24,000 bases of DNA from Gaiellaceae bacterium (GCA_037721555.1 JBBJOI010000037.1:1-24000); one strand, 5' to 3'; shown: positions 1 through 8,054, numbered from the stretch's first letter. Notes: generated by a model not told the origin, from the letters alone. Numbers and translations are program-made.

Positions 1-149
1 TCGAGCGTGAGGGTGGCGAGGACGTCTTCGTCCACTTCTCCGCGATCACGATGGAGGGCTACAAGTCGCTGACCGAAGGCCAGCGGGTGGAGTTCGAAGT
101 CGTCCAGGGGCCGAAGGGCGCCCAGGCGGCGAACGTCTCCGCGGTCTAG
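1..149 (+). CDS. Cold-shock protein (CspA/CSD family), 3' partial
   Basis: Frame 3 reads ...[44 protein letters not shown]. This matches the C-terminal half of cold-shock domains (FVHFSAI ... GQxVxFExxxGxKGxQAxNV). TAG at 147-149. The 5' end lies outside the window. Confidence 0.85.
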   Translation, partial: EREGGEDVFVHFSAITMEGYKSLTEGQRVEFEVVQGPKGAQAANVSAV

Positions 150-174
150 CACCTTCCGACTTTTCGAGAACGTG

Positions 175-206
175 AAGGAGCCCCGGAGACGGGGCTCCTT
201 CTTTTG
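175..206 (+). terminator. Rho-independent terminator after the cold-shock gene
   Basis: Perfect 10-bp stem aaggagcccc (175-184) / ggggctcctt (191-200), 6-nt loop ggagac, followed by cttttg. It sits 26 nt after the stop codon. Confidence 0.8.
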
Positions 207-222
207 CGAGGATGGAGTGAGC

Positions 223-507
223 ATGGCGATTACACGCGAGGAAGTCCTGCACGTCGCCAAGCTGGCGCGGCTCGCGCTGACCGACGAGGAGATCGAGCGG
301 CTCACGCACGAGCTCGGGGCGATCCTGGAGGCGGTGGGCAAGGTCGCAGAGCTCGATCTTGATGACGTGCCACCGACGTCGCACCCGCTCGAGCTCGTGA
401 ACTCGTGGGGCGAGGACGAGCCACGTACCTCGCTCCCGCTCGACGAGGCCTTCGCGAACGCGCCTCGGCGCGAGGGTGACCTCTTCCGGGTACCGCCCGC
501 GATCTGA
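223..507 (+). CDS. gatC: Asp/Glu-tRNA(Asn/Gln) amidotransferase subunit C
   Basis: [38 protein letters not shown]... is the typical GatC N-terminus. ATG at 223 is preceded by ggatggag. The longer ORF start at 172 lies inside the terminator hairpin. gatA and gatB follow. Confidence 0.9.
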   Translation: MAITREEVLHVAKLARLALTDEEIERLTHELGAILEAVGKVAELDLDDVPPTSHPLELVNSWGEDEPRTSLPLDEAFANAPRREGDLFRVPPAI

Positions 508-545
508 CGCCCGCTGAGTGCACCGATCGGAATGAGAACCACAGG

Positions 546-1955
546 GTGACGATCGACACGCTACGCCTCACGGCCGAGGAGGCCACCGACCTGCTCGCGC
601 GGAAGCAGCTCTCTGCCGCAGAGCTTCACGGCGCCTACCTCGCTGCAGTGGCGGAGCGAGACCCCGAGCTGCACTGCTACCTCCGCACCGTGGCCGAGGC
701 GGAGGGAGACGGCGTGCCGATCGCACTCAAGGACATCATCTCGACGCGCGGGATCGAGACGACGGCTGGGTCGCGGATTCTCGAAGGCTACGTGCCCGTG
801 TTCGACGCCACCGTGGCGGCCCGGTGCAAGGCGGCCGGGATGCCGATCATCGGAAAGACGAACACCGACGAGTTCGCAATGGGCTCCTCGACGGAGAACT
901 CCGCCTACGGCCCGACGAAAAATCCTTGGGATCCGACGCGCGTCCCGGGCGGGTCGGGCGGCGGGACCGCCGCCGCGGTGTCGGCCGGCCTCGCCCCGTG
1001 GGGCCTCGGCTCCGATACCGGGGGTTCGATCAAGCAGCCATCCTCGCTCTGCGGCAACGTCGGACTACGCCCCACCTACGGCACGGTCAGCCGCTACGGC
1101 GTCATCGCCTTCGCGTCCAGCCTCGATCAGATCGGGCCGGTCGCGCGCAACGTCCGCGACTGCGCGCTGCTGTACTCGATCATCGCCGGCAGAGACGCCC
1201 GCGACTCGACGACGGTCGAGCTGCGCGAGCCAGTTCGCCTGCCGGAGGACGAAGACCTGACGGGCGTGCGGATCGGCGTCCCGAAGGAGATGAACGAGGC
1301 GGAGGGGATCGAGCCAGGCGTGGCAGAGGCGGTGCGGCGAGCGATCGAGCTCGCGGCGGAGCTCGGGGCGGACGTGGGGGAGTGCAGCCTGCCACGCTCG
1401 ATCGCCTACGGCCTCCCGTGCTACTACCTGATCGCCCCGGCCGAGGCGTCGTCCAACCTCGCGCGCTACGACGGAGTCCGTTATGGGCCCCGGGTTGAGG
1501 CCGACGGGTTCTACGAGATGGTGGAGCGCACGCGCGATGCCGGCTTCGGTGACGAGCCGAAGCGGCGCATCATGCTGGGCACCTACGCCCTCTCCGCCGG
1601 GTACTTCGACGCGTACTACGGGCAAGCCCAGAAGGTGCGGACGGTGATCGCGCGCGAGCACGCTGCAGCGTTCGAGCGGTACGACGTGCTCGTCTCGCCG
1701 ACGTCGCCGACCGTCGCGTTCGAGCTCGGCGCCAAGGCGACCGATCCACTCGCGATGTACCTCTCGGATCTGCTCACGATTCCGTCGTGCATGGCCGGAC
1801 TGCCCGGGCTGAACGTCCCGTGCGGCCTCTCGGCAGGATTGCCGGTTGGTCTGCAGCTGATCGGGCCGCAGTTCTCGGAGAACACGCTCTTCCGTACCGG
1901 GCACGCCCTCGAGCGCGCCCTCGCCTTCGACCCCGTCCCCGAGCGCCTGCGATGA
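546..1955 (+). CDS. gatA: Asp/Glu-tRNA amidotransferase subunit A (amidase signature family)
   Basis: 469 aa with a GTG start. Amidase signature blocks [11 protein letters not shown] and [13 protein letters not shown]. Stop overlaps the gatB start (ATGA at 1952-1955). Confidence 0.95.
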   Translation: MTIDTLRLTAEEATDLLARKQLSAAELHGAYLAAVAERDPELHCYLRTVAEAEGDGVPIALKDIISTRGIETTAGSRILEGYVPVFDATVAARCKAAGMPIIGKTNTDEFAMGSSTENSAYGPTKNPWDPTRVPGGSGGGTAAAVSAGLAPWGLGSDTGGSIKQPSSLCGNVGLRPTYGTVSRYGVIAFASSLDQIGPVARNVRDCALLYSIIAGRDARDSTTVELREPVRLPEDEDLTGVRIGVPKEMNEAEGIEPGVAEAVRRAIELAAELGADVGECSLPRSIAYGLPCYYLIAPAEASSNLARYDGVRYGPRVEADGFYEMVERTRDAGFGDEPKRRIMLGTYALSAGYFDAYYGQAQKVRTVIAREHAAAFERYDVLVSPTSPTVAFELGAKATDPLAMYLSDLLTIPSCMAGLPGLNVPCGLSAGLPVGLQLIGPQFSENTLFRTGHALERALAFDPVPERLR

Positions 1956-3415
1956 CCGGCGCAGGTCCGACGGAGCCGGCCAGGAGCGGAGTTGCCGGCT
2001 TTGCCGGCGTTGAAGAGTGGGAGCCGGTGATCGGGCTCGAGATTCACGTCCAGCTGAAGACGCGGACGAAGATGTTCTGTCGCTGCGCCAACGGCTTCGG
2101 TGGCGGTGAGAACACGCAGGTCTGTCCGGTCTGCCTCGGCTTCCCGGGTGCGCTCCCCGTCCCCAACCGAACGGCGATCGAGTGGACGATCAAGCTCGGG
2201 CTCGCGTTCGGCTGCCAGATCGCCGAGCGGGCCGTCTTCTCCCGCAAGAGCTACGTCTACCCGGATCTCCCTAAGGGATATCAGATCTCCCAATATGATT
2301 TACCTTCTTGCATTAGCGGTAGTATGCTAGTACCTGGACTCGAGGGCGACCGGGAGGTCGGGATCGTGCGCGCCCATCTCGAGGAGGACGCGGCGAAGAC
2401 GACGCATGTCGGCGGGCGGACCGGCCGGATCGGGGGCGCCTCCACCTCGCTCGTCGACTTCAACCGGGGCGGCACGCCGCTCGTCGAGATCGTGACCGGG
2501 CCCGACCTTCATTCGGCCGAGGACGCCCGGCGCTTTCTCCAGCTCCTGCGCCAGACGATCGTCGAGCTCGGTGTGTCCGATGCGGAGATGGAGAAGGGCA
2601 CGCTGCGCGTGGACGCCAACGTCTCGATCCGGCCGCGTGGCTCCCAGGAATTGCGCACGCGCTGCGAGCTGAAGAACATGAACTCTTTCCGCTTCGTCGC
2701 CCAGGGGATCGACGCCGAGGTTGCTCGGCAGACGGCCGTCTACGAAGCGGGCGGAGCGGTCGTGCAGGAGACCTACGACTTCGACGCCTCCAGTGGTGCG
2801 CTGACCGCGCGCCGCTCGAAGGAGGAGGCGGACGACTACCGCTACTTCCCCGAGCCGGATCTCGTACCGGTGGAACCCTCAGCAGACCTCGTCGACCGGC
2901 TGCGCACGGAGCTGCCGGAGCTGCCGGGCGCCCGCATTCGCCGGCTCGAGCGTGAGCTCGACCTGGATCGCGCGACCGTGCTCGTCACCGGCGGCCTCGA
3001 CGGGCTCTACGAGGCGACCGTCGCCGCCGGTGCCGAGCGCCTGGCTGCCGCCAATCTGATCGCGAACCGGCTGGCCGACTCCGATCCTGGCGCGATCGCT
3101 CCCGGGGAGCTCGCGAAACTCGTGGAGGCGCGCGACCGCATCCCGCGCTCCGCGCTGGACGAGGCGCTCTGGAAGCTCGCCGAGCCCGGTTTCTCGGCCG
3201 ACCCGTTCCTCGCGCAGGAGGCGGTGTCCGATACGCGGGCGCTCGAGCCGATCGTCGACCGAATCCTGCAGGAAAATGCTGGCCAGGTGGAGGCCTACCG
3301 CTCCGGCAAGGAGGGCCTGCTCGGCTTCTTCGTCGGCCAGGTGATGAAGGAGACCTCTGGCAAGGCCAACCCGCGCGTCGTCAGCGAGCTCGTGCGGGAG
3401 CGGATCAGAGCGTGA
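1952..3415 (+). CDS. gatB: Asp/Glu-tRNA amidotransferase subunit B
   Basis: From ATG 1952: MTGAG...[49 protein letters not shown], and a C-terminal GatB/YqeY-like tail. The ORF-track start at 1787 overlaps gatA and is not used. Confidence 0.95.
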   Translation: MTGAGPTEPARSGVAGFAGVEEWEPVIGLEIHVQLKTRTKMFCRCANGFGGGENTQVCPVCLGFPGALPVPNRTAIEWTIKLGLAFGCQIAERAVFSRKSYVYPDLPKGYQISQYDLPSCISGSMLVPGLEGDREVGIVRAHLEEDAAKTTHVGGRTGRIGGASTSLVDFNRGGTPLVEIVTGPDLHSAEDARRFLQLLRQTIVELGVSDAEMEKGTLRVDANVSIRPRGSQELRTRCELKNMNSFRFVAQGIDAEVARQTAVYEAGGAVVQETYDFDASSGALTARRSKEEADDYRYFPEPDLVPVEPSADLVDRLRTELPELPGARIRRLERELDLDRATVLVTGGLDGLYEATVAAGAERLAAANLIANRLADSDPGAIAPGELAKLVEARDRIPRSALDEALWKLAEPGFSADPFLAQEAVSDTRALEPIVDRILQENAGQVEAYRSGKEGLLGFFVGQVMKETSGKANPRVVSELVRERIRA

Positions 3416-3858
3416 ACCCGAACCTCCGCAAGGTGGCGCTGATCGCGGCGAGTTTCGGGCTGCTGGTCAGCCTCTTCATCGCGCTGCGGTCGGGGGACGA
3501 CGGCGCGGGGGAGGCGCATCCGCCCGCGGCGGCTGCGACCGAGCCCACCGTCGAGGAGCCGCCGTCGCCGCCGGACGTTCGGCCGCGGAAGCCCCCGGTC
3601 CCGTTCTCGATCGAGATCGTCGACGGCGCACCCGTAGGCGGCATCCGACGTCAGACCATCGGGCTCGGGAACAACGTGCGTCTCTTCGTGCGCAGCGACG
3701 TGGCGGATGAGATCCACGTGCACGGCTACGACCTGACGGCCGCTGTCGCACCCGGCCGCCCCGGCGAGCTCGTTTTCGCTGCCGACGTGCCGGGGCGCTT
3801 CGAGATCGAGCTCGAGGAACGGGGCCAACAGATCGGCGAGCTCGAAGTCAAACCGTGA
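3412..3858 (+). CDS. Membrane-anchored cupredoxin-like (EfeO-type cupredoxin fold) protein
   Basis: N-terminal TM helix (VALIAASFGLLVSLFIAL), a Pro/Ala-rich linker, then VRLFVRSDVADEIHVHGYDL...GRFEIELEERG. I recognise this as the small cupredoxin-like domain pattern. GTG start overlaps the gatB stop (GTGA). Confidence 0.7.
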   Translation: MNPNLRKVALIAASFGLLVSLFIALRSGDDGAGEAHPPAAAATEPTVEEPPSPPDVRPRKPPVPFSIEIVDGAPVGGIRRQTIGLGNNVRLFVRSDVADEIHVHGYDLTAAVAPGRPGELVFAADVPGRFEIELEERGQQIGELEVKP

Positions 3859-5213
3859 GCCTCGTCGCGCACGGGATCGGGGGCGTGCGCGATCTCCCGG
3901 TGCCCGACTGGCTCTTCTTCTGGGGTGGTGCTGTCGTGCTCGTGCTCTCGTTCCTGGCGCTCGGGATGCTCTGGCGGCGGCCGGTGCTCGAGCGGCTCTC
4001 CGCCGGCCGCCCGTTGCCGATGGGGCTTGAGCGCGTTCTGCGCTCGACCGCCCTCAGGCTCGTGCTCGGTGCCATCTCGGTCGCCCTGCTCGTGCTCGTG
4101 TTCCTCACGGCGCTGCTGGGCGAGCCGTCGTCAGCCGTCAATCTCGCCCCTACATTCGTCTACGTCGTCTTCTGGCTGGGCGTGGTCGTCCTCCAGGTCG
4201 TGCTCGGCAACGTCTGGCCTGCGCTCAACCCGTGGCTGGCCGTCGCCGACGCGGTGGCCTGGTGCTGGGGGAGGCTCGGGCGGACGTGGGAGCCGCTCGC
4301 CACCTAACCCGAGCGCCTCGGGGTGTACCCAGCGGCCATCCTCCTGTTCGCGTTCACGACGCTCGAGCTCGCGTACAACGATCCCGCGAACCCGCGCTCG
4401 CTCGCACTCGCCGTTGCCCTCTACAGTTACGTGACGTGGTTCGGGATGGCCACGTTCGGGCGGAGGAAGTGGGCCGAGCACGGCGATGGCTTCACGGTTT
4501 ACTTCGGCCTGCTCGCGCGCGTCGCGCCCTTCGGCGAGCATGCCGGCCGCCTCGTCCTGCGTGCCCCGCTCAGCGGCCTCGCCGGGCCGGACCGGCGACC
4601 GGGGGCGCTCCTCTTCGTCGCCGTCATGCTCGGCTCGGTCGGTTTCGACGGCCTCTCCCGCGCGACGTTCTGGCAGGACCTGCGGGCACGGGTCGAGGGC
4701 CGATACGTGCTGGACTCACCCGGCCTCGCGGATCTCTTCGGGACCTTGCTCTCCCTCGGTGGGTTGCTGGCCTGTGTGCTCTTTGTCTGCACCGCCTACC
4801 TCGTCGCCGTGCGGCTCGCACGGCTAGGGGCGCGGCGGCCGGGCGATCTGTGGCCCGAGTTCCTGCGCGGCTTGATTCCGATCGCTCTCGTGTACGCCGT
4901 CGCTCACTACTTCACGCTGCTGCTCGTCCAGGGGCAGTTCACGATCCCCCTCGCCTCCGACCCGTTCGGCTTCGGGTGGGACGTGCTCGGGACGTACAGC
5001 TTCCAGCCGAACCTCGCGCCACTCGCGCCGAACGCGGTCTGGTACGTCCAGGTGGGCGCGCTCGTCGCGGGGCACGTCGCAGGTCTCGCCGTCGCGCACG
5101 ACCGCGCGATCGGGATCCTCCCGCCGCGCGCCGCGCTACGGTCCCAGTACGCGATGCTCGTGCTGATGGTGCTCTATACGGTTGGTGGTCTGTGGTTGCT
5201 CTCGCAGGAGTAG
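3855..5213 (+). pseudogene. Polytopic membrane protein (family often mis-annotated as fenitrothion hydrolase) interrupted by one in-frame TAA
   Basis: ORFs 3855-4307 and 4323-5213 are in the same frame, separated only by TAA at 4305-4307. Read-through gives ...TWEPLAT*PERLGVYPAAILLFAF... From memory, homologues are single ~430-450 aa proteins starting AHGIGG..DLP and carrying YPERLG.WPAA at this point, so TAA sits where a Tyr codon (TAC/TAT) is expected. The alternative annotation is two separate CDS. Confidence 0.6.
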
Positions 5214-5353
5214 CGACGCTTCTCGGCCACGGCGGCGTCGGCGGGGCAGTCGTGGAGACGCTGCTCGTCGTCAGCATCGCCGGCGTCTTCCTGATCCTCT
5301 GGCTGCGGGAACGCCGAACGCGGGACGAGACGCCCGACGACGATCCCGTCTAG
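5192..5353 (+). CDS. Possible small membrane protein (hypothetical)
   Basis: Tail of ORF 4232-5353: (M)VALAGVATLLGHGGVGGAVVETLLVVSIAGVFLILWLRERRTRDETPDDDPV. It has a hydrophobic segment, a charged tail and high GC3 downstream of 5210. The start is uncertain (GTG 5192 or GTG 5252). I recognise no homology. Confidence 0.3.
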   Translation: MVALAGVATLLGHGGVGGAVVETLLVVSIAGVFLILWLRERRTRDETPDDDPV

Positions 5354-5376
5354 ATCAGAGCCCGTCTAGATCAGAC
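5345..5376. repeat. Tandem direct repeat, two copies of cccgtctagatcaga at 16-bp spacing
   Basis: 5345-5359 and 5361-5375 are identical 15-mers with 16-bp period. Copy 1 carries the TAG ending the + strand ORF (5351-5353). Copy 2 carries the stop (complement of 5366-5368) of the - strand gene. Confidence 0.9.
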
Positions 5377-5920
5377 CACAGTTGCGGGCGGTATGCGGCC
5401 AGGGCCAGAAGCCGCGGCCGCTCCTGTGCGCGCGCTCTGCCACCCACATCTGCTCGAGGGGCGACCACCGGTCTGCCGTGCCCTTCGTCCGCAGGAGGTC
5501 GCGGCCATACGCGCGTTGGAAGGAGAGGTCCATCTGCAGCCCGCCGTAGAAGCCGTTGCCGGTACGGGTCGACCAACCTTGCGCGGGATGTCGCTCGTAT
5601 CGCTGGATGCAGAGCCAGCCCGCCCGATGCGGGGGAGTCGCCGCTCGCCTTGCTGCCCGATTGGCGCGCGCCTGCCAGAACTCGCGCAACCAGAGCCGAT
5701 ACGCCCGACTCTTAGCCGTTCGCTCGCTGTAGGCGGTTGGCGTGCGGGGCTTCCCCATCAGGCGTTCCCAGCGCCAGGTCGCGTCGCGCGCACCGTCGAT
5801 CTGGGTCAGGACGGCCACGCGGCTGGAGCTGGCGCTGGCCGCGGTCGGCCGCACGAGCGCTGACGCTGCGAGCACGAGGGCGCCGACGAGGACGAGCAGA
5901 CGCACGGATAGGTTGGGCAC
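5366..5920 (-). CDS. Secreted transglycosylase-like (Rpf-like) domain protein
   Basis: Signal peptide MPNLSVRLLVLVGALVLAASALV. The C-terminal block WLCIQRYERHPAQGWSTRTGNGFYGGLQM...EQMWVAE...GFWPWP..C resembles the Rpf transglycosylase-like domain (TGNGxYGGLQ, AWPxC). GTG start is preceded by AAGGAG 5 nt upstream. Confidence 0.75.
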   Translation of the reverse strand: MPNLSVRLLVLVGALVLAASALVRPTAASASSSRVAVLTQIDGARDATWRWERLMGKPRTPTAYSERTAKSRAYRLWLREFWQARANRAARRAATPPHRAGWLCIQRYERHPAQGWSTRTGNGFYGGLQMDLSFQRAYGRDLLRTKGTADRWSPLEQMWVAERAHRSGRGFWPWPHTARNCGLI

Positions 5921-6040
5921 AGAGTCTCCTTGAGAGGGAACAGGGACGGCCGATCGGGGCGGATGGAGCCGCAGGGCCCCGACGGCGAGCTGCTTGACCG
6001 CGGCAGGCTAGCACCCGCACTGTTTGCGAACGGTAAAGAT

Positions 6041-6240
6041 CGAGCGCGAGGTTGACGTACGTCCCGTCCGCCGCCGGGACTAGGTGACTGGCGTGCCCCC
6101 GACGGCCACCCGGATTTACGCATCTCGCACGATGTGGTTACACCTCTGTCACGAGCGCGGTGCTAACCCCGTGCACGGACTGTCTCTGAGACCGTTCGGA
6201 CGGCGGACGCGCTCGGTGCGCGATTCCTTGGCCGCGCGCG
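6041..6240 (-). promoter_or_regulatory. Long structured 5' leader of the Rpf-like gene; possible c-di-AMP (ydaO-yuaA)-like riboswitch
   Basis: About 320 nt are non-coding between 5920 and 6243. On the - strand the order is GGAAUC (6222-6227), ACGGGGUUAGCACC (6159-6172), GCGUAAAUCC plus a short hairpin (6112-6121), UCGGGGGCACGCCA (6089-6102), a UCCCG...CGGGA stem, and CGUCAACCUCG (6047-6057). This loosely follows the ydaO order AAUC / ACGGGGAxCCA / AAUC / GGG...CCC / CAGCUAACCUCG as I remember it. The match is imperfect: GCU is missing in the last block and there is no clear GGGGUGAAUC. Confidence 0.35.
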
Positions 6241-6242
6241 AG

Positions 6243-6857
6243 CTAAGCGCGGACGATCGTGCCGAGGTAGAGCAGCACCACGGCGGCGGCGACGAAGGCG
6301 GCGGTTCCGCTCACCCCGAGCCCCGAGACCGCGCTGCCGGCCGCGGCGAGCCCGAAGCCGAAGAGCAGCAGCGTGTTTCCGACCGGCCGGCGGGCGAGGG
6401 TCGCGAGGGCCACGCCGACGAGCGCCACGGTGCCGCTGATGTTGCCGGTGAGCGCGAGAACCCGCGCCGGGAAGAACGCGACGACCTCCTGCGCCTCGGG
6501 AATGTCGCGACCCGCGACCGATGTCTCGAGCGGCACGGCGAGCGCGACTCCGACAGCCAGGCCCGTGTAGAGGAGGACGACCGGTCCCGCAAGTCTGCGG
6601 CCGGCTCCGAGGAGCGAGCCGGCTCCGAGGAGCGGGGCCGTCAGCAGGCCGCCGAAGAGGTAGTAGGCGCGGAAGACGCCCTCGTTCCAGCCCGCGGCCG
6701 CCCCCCAGGCGATCGCGGCTGTGCCGACCGCGTAGGCGGCGAGACCGGCGCTCCACGCGAGCAGCTGCGGGGCACGGCGCTGGCGCCAGCGACCGGCCAG
6801 GAGGCCGGACAGCCGCAGGGCGAGCAACGCCGCGCCGAAGGCGAGCAGGGCCTCCAC
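6243..6857 (-). CDS. Polytopic membrane protein of unknown function
   Basis: 204 aa with about 6 hydrophobic helices (MEALLAFGAALLALRLSGLLAG...). Very high third-position GC in this frame, GTG start, TAG stop. Overlapping + strand ORFs are Arg-rich shadows. Confidence 0.65.
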   Translation of the reverse strand: MEALLAFGAALLALRLSGLLAGRWRQRRAPQLLAWSAGLAAYAVGTAAIAWGAAAGWNEGVFRAYYLFGGLLTAPLLGAGSLLGAGRRLAGPVVLLYTGLAVGVALAVPLETSVAGRDIPEAQEVVAFFPARVLALTGNISGTVALVGVALATLARRPVGNTLLLFGFGLAAAGSAVSGLGVSGTAAFVAAAVVLLYLGTIVRA

Positions 6858-6897
6858 GGCGAGAGACTACGGCCGCGGCGAGCGCTACGCTCGGCCC

Positions 6898-8052
6898 GTG
6901 CCGCAGAAGCGCTACCTGTTCACACCAGGCCCGACGCCTGTGCCGCCCCAGGTACTCGCGGCGCTGGGAGAGCCGGTGCTCCACCACCGCGCACCGGACT
7001 TCCGGGCGGTGTACGAACGGACACTTGCGCGGTTGCGGGAGGTGCATCGAACCGATTGGAATGTCCTCCTCTTCACCTGCTCCGGCACGGGCGCCTTCGA
7101 GTCGGCGATCGTGAACCTGTGCTCGCCCGGCGAGCGCGTGCTGGCCGTCTCGGCGGGGAGCTTCGGCGAGCGGTGGATAGCGATGGCGCAGGGCTACGGC
7201 TGTGACGTCGAAGAGCTCCGGTACGCGTGGGGCGAGACGCCCTCACCAGACGACCTCCGGCGTCGTCTCGAAGAGGCTTCGCCGGTCTCACTCGTGCTGC
7301 TCGTGCACTCGGAGACGTCGACGGGCGACGTGGCGGACGTCCAGGCGCTGGCGCGGGTCGCGCGCGAGGCGGGCGCCCTCGTCGTCGTGGATGCCGTCTC
7401 GAGCCTTGGCGCGGTTCCGCTCGAGATGGAGGACTGGGGCCTCGACGTCGTCGTGTCTGGCTCGCAGAAGGCGCTGATGACACCGCCGGGCCTGTCCACC
7501 GTAGCCGTCTCACCGGCCGCCCTGGAGCGCGCCTCCCACGCGACTCTGCCGCGGTACTACCTCGACTGGGAGCGGACGCGAGCCGCGCAGGCGAAGCTCG
7601 ACAGCGCCTTCACCCCGGCCGTCTCGCTCGTGGTGGCGCTGGACGTGGCACTCGGGCTGCTGCTCGAGGAAGGGCTCGAGTCGGCCTTCGCGCGCCACGT
7701 TCGCCTCGGCCGCGCATGCCGTGCCGGCATCAAGGCGCTCGGCCTCGATCTCTTCTCGCCGGACGAGGATCGTGCCGCGGTCGTCACCGCTGCGCGGATG
7801 CCGGAGGGTCTGAGCTCTACCGCGCTCACGCGTGTGCTCCGGGACCGCCACGGGATCACGATTGCCGCCGGGCAGGGGGAGCTCAAGGAGCGGATCTTCC
7901 GAATCGGCCACATCGGGTGGTTCGACGAGTTCGACATCTCGACCGCGCTCTCCGCGGTGGAGCTCGTGCTCGGCGAGCTGGGCGCGGAGATCGACCGCGG
8001 GGTCGCAGCGACCCGGGCCCTGGAGGTCTACGCCGAGGGGACGCCGGTCTGA
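6898..8052 (+). CDS. Class V PLP-dependent aminotransferase (serine-pyruvate / phosphoserine aminotransferase type)
   Basis: YLFTPGPTPVP N-terminus, SGTGAFE, and a PLP-lysine context SGSQKALM. It lies directly upstream of serA, suggesting a serine-pathway role. Confidence 0.85.
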   Translation: MPQKRYLFTPGPTPVPPQVLAALGEPVLHHRAPDFRAVYERTLARLREVHRTDWNVLLFTCSGTGAFESAIVNLCSPGERVLAVSAGSFGERWIAMAQGYGCDVEELRYAWGETPSPDDLRRRLEEASPVSLVLLVHSETSTGDVADVQALARVAREAGALVVVDAVSSLGAVPLEMEDWGLDVVVSGSQKALMTPPGLSTVAVSPAALERASHATLPRYYLDWERTRAAQAKLDSAFTPAVSLVVALDVALGLLLEEGLESAFARHVRLGRACRAGIKALGLDLFSPDEDRAAVVTAARMPEGLSSTALTRVLRDRHGITIAAGQGELKERIFRIGHIGWFDEFDISTALSAVELVLGELGAEIDRGVAATRALEVYAEGTPV

Positions 8053-8054
8053 AG

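Noticed and set aside
172-222. Longer gatC ORF starting at GTG 172 (MKEPRRRGSFFCEDGVS...)
   Set aside because: The extension lies inside the cold-shock gene terminator hairpin and U-tract. ATG 223 gives the canonical GatC N-terminus and has its own RBS.
1787-1951. N-terminal extension of the gatB ORF
   Set aside because: It overlaps the 3' end of gatA in another frame and is Arg/Pro/Ala-rich shadow sequence. ATG 1952 forms the classic ATGA coupling with the gatA stop.
2295-2330. Alternative-frame mini-ORF ATG ATT TAC CTT CTT GCA TTA GCG GTA GTA TGC TAG ([11 protein letters not shown]) inside the gatB island
   Set aside because: 11 codons with no RBS, embedded in an essential gene. This is most likely a by-product of the local AT-richness. 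It is mentioned only in case the island proves functional.
2276-2344. Cluster of 6-cutter sites (GATATC, AGATCT, CTCGAG) in the gatB low-GC island, suggesting a cloning scar or polylinker
   Set aside because: The sites fall in frame within codons for the conserved GYQIS motif and an LE dipeptide, and the reading frame and protein length are preserved. AGATCT and CTCGAG would also arise with GC-rich synonymous codons.
4232-5191. Bulk of the 373-aa + strand ORF overlapping the membrane-protein gene
   Set aside because: Arg-rich shadow of the real frame. Only its last ~50 codons, downstream of the membrane gene stop, are kept, as a low-confidence small ORF.
6181-6205. CUGAGA-containing segment on the + strand reminiscent of the TPP riboswitch core
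   Set aside because: The other TPP-box elements (ACCUGAUCUGGAUAAUGCCAGCG-like) are absent, and no + strand gene lies downstream.
6084-7205. Long + strand (373 aa) and - strand (6163-7047, 294 aa) ORFs overlapping the 6243-6857 membrane gene
   Set aside because: Extremely Arg/Gly/Glu-rich off-frame translations. Only the 6243-6857 frame gives coherent TM helices with high GC3.
7227-8054. N-terminal 276 codons of the 792-aa ORF that contains serA
   Set aside because: Arg/Gly-rich low-complexity translation overlapping the well-supported aminotransferase frame. The recognisable SerA sequence begins at 8055.
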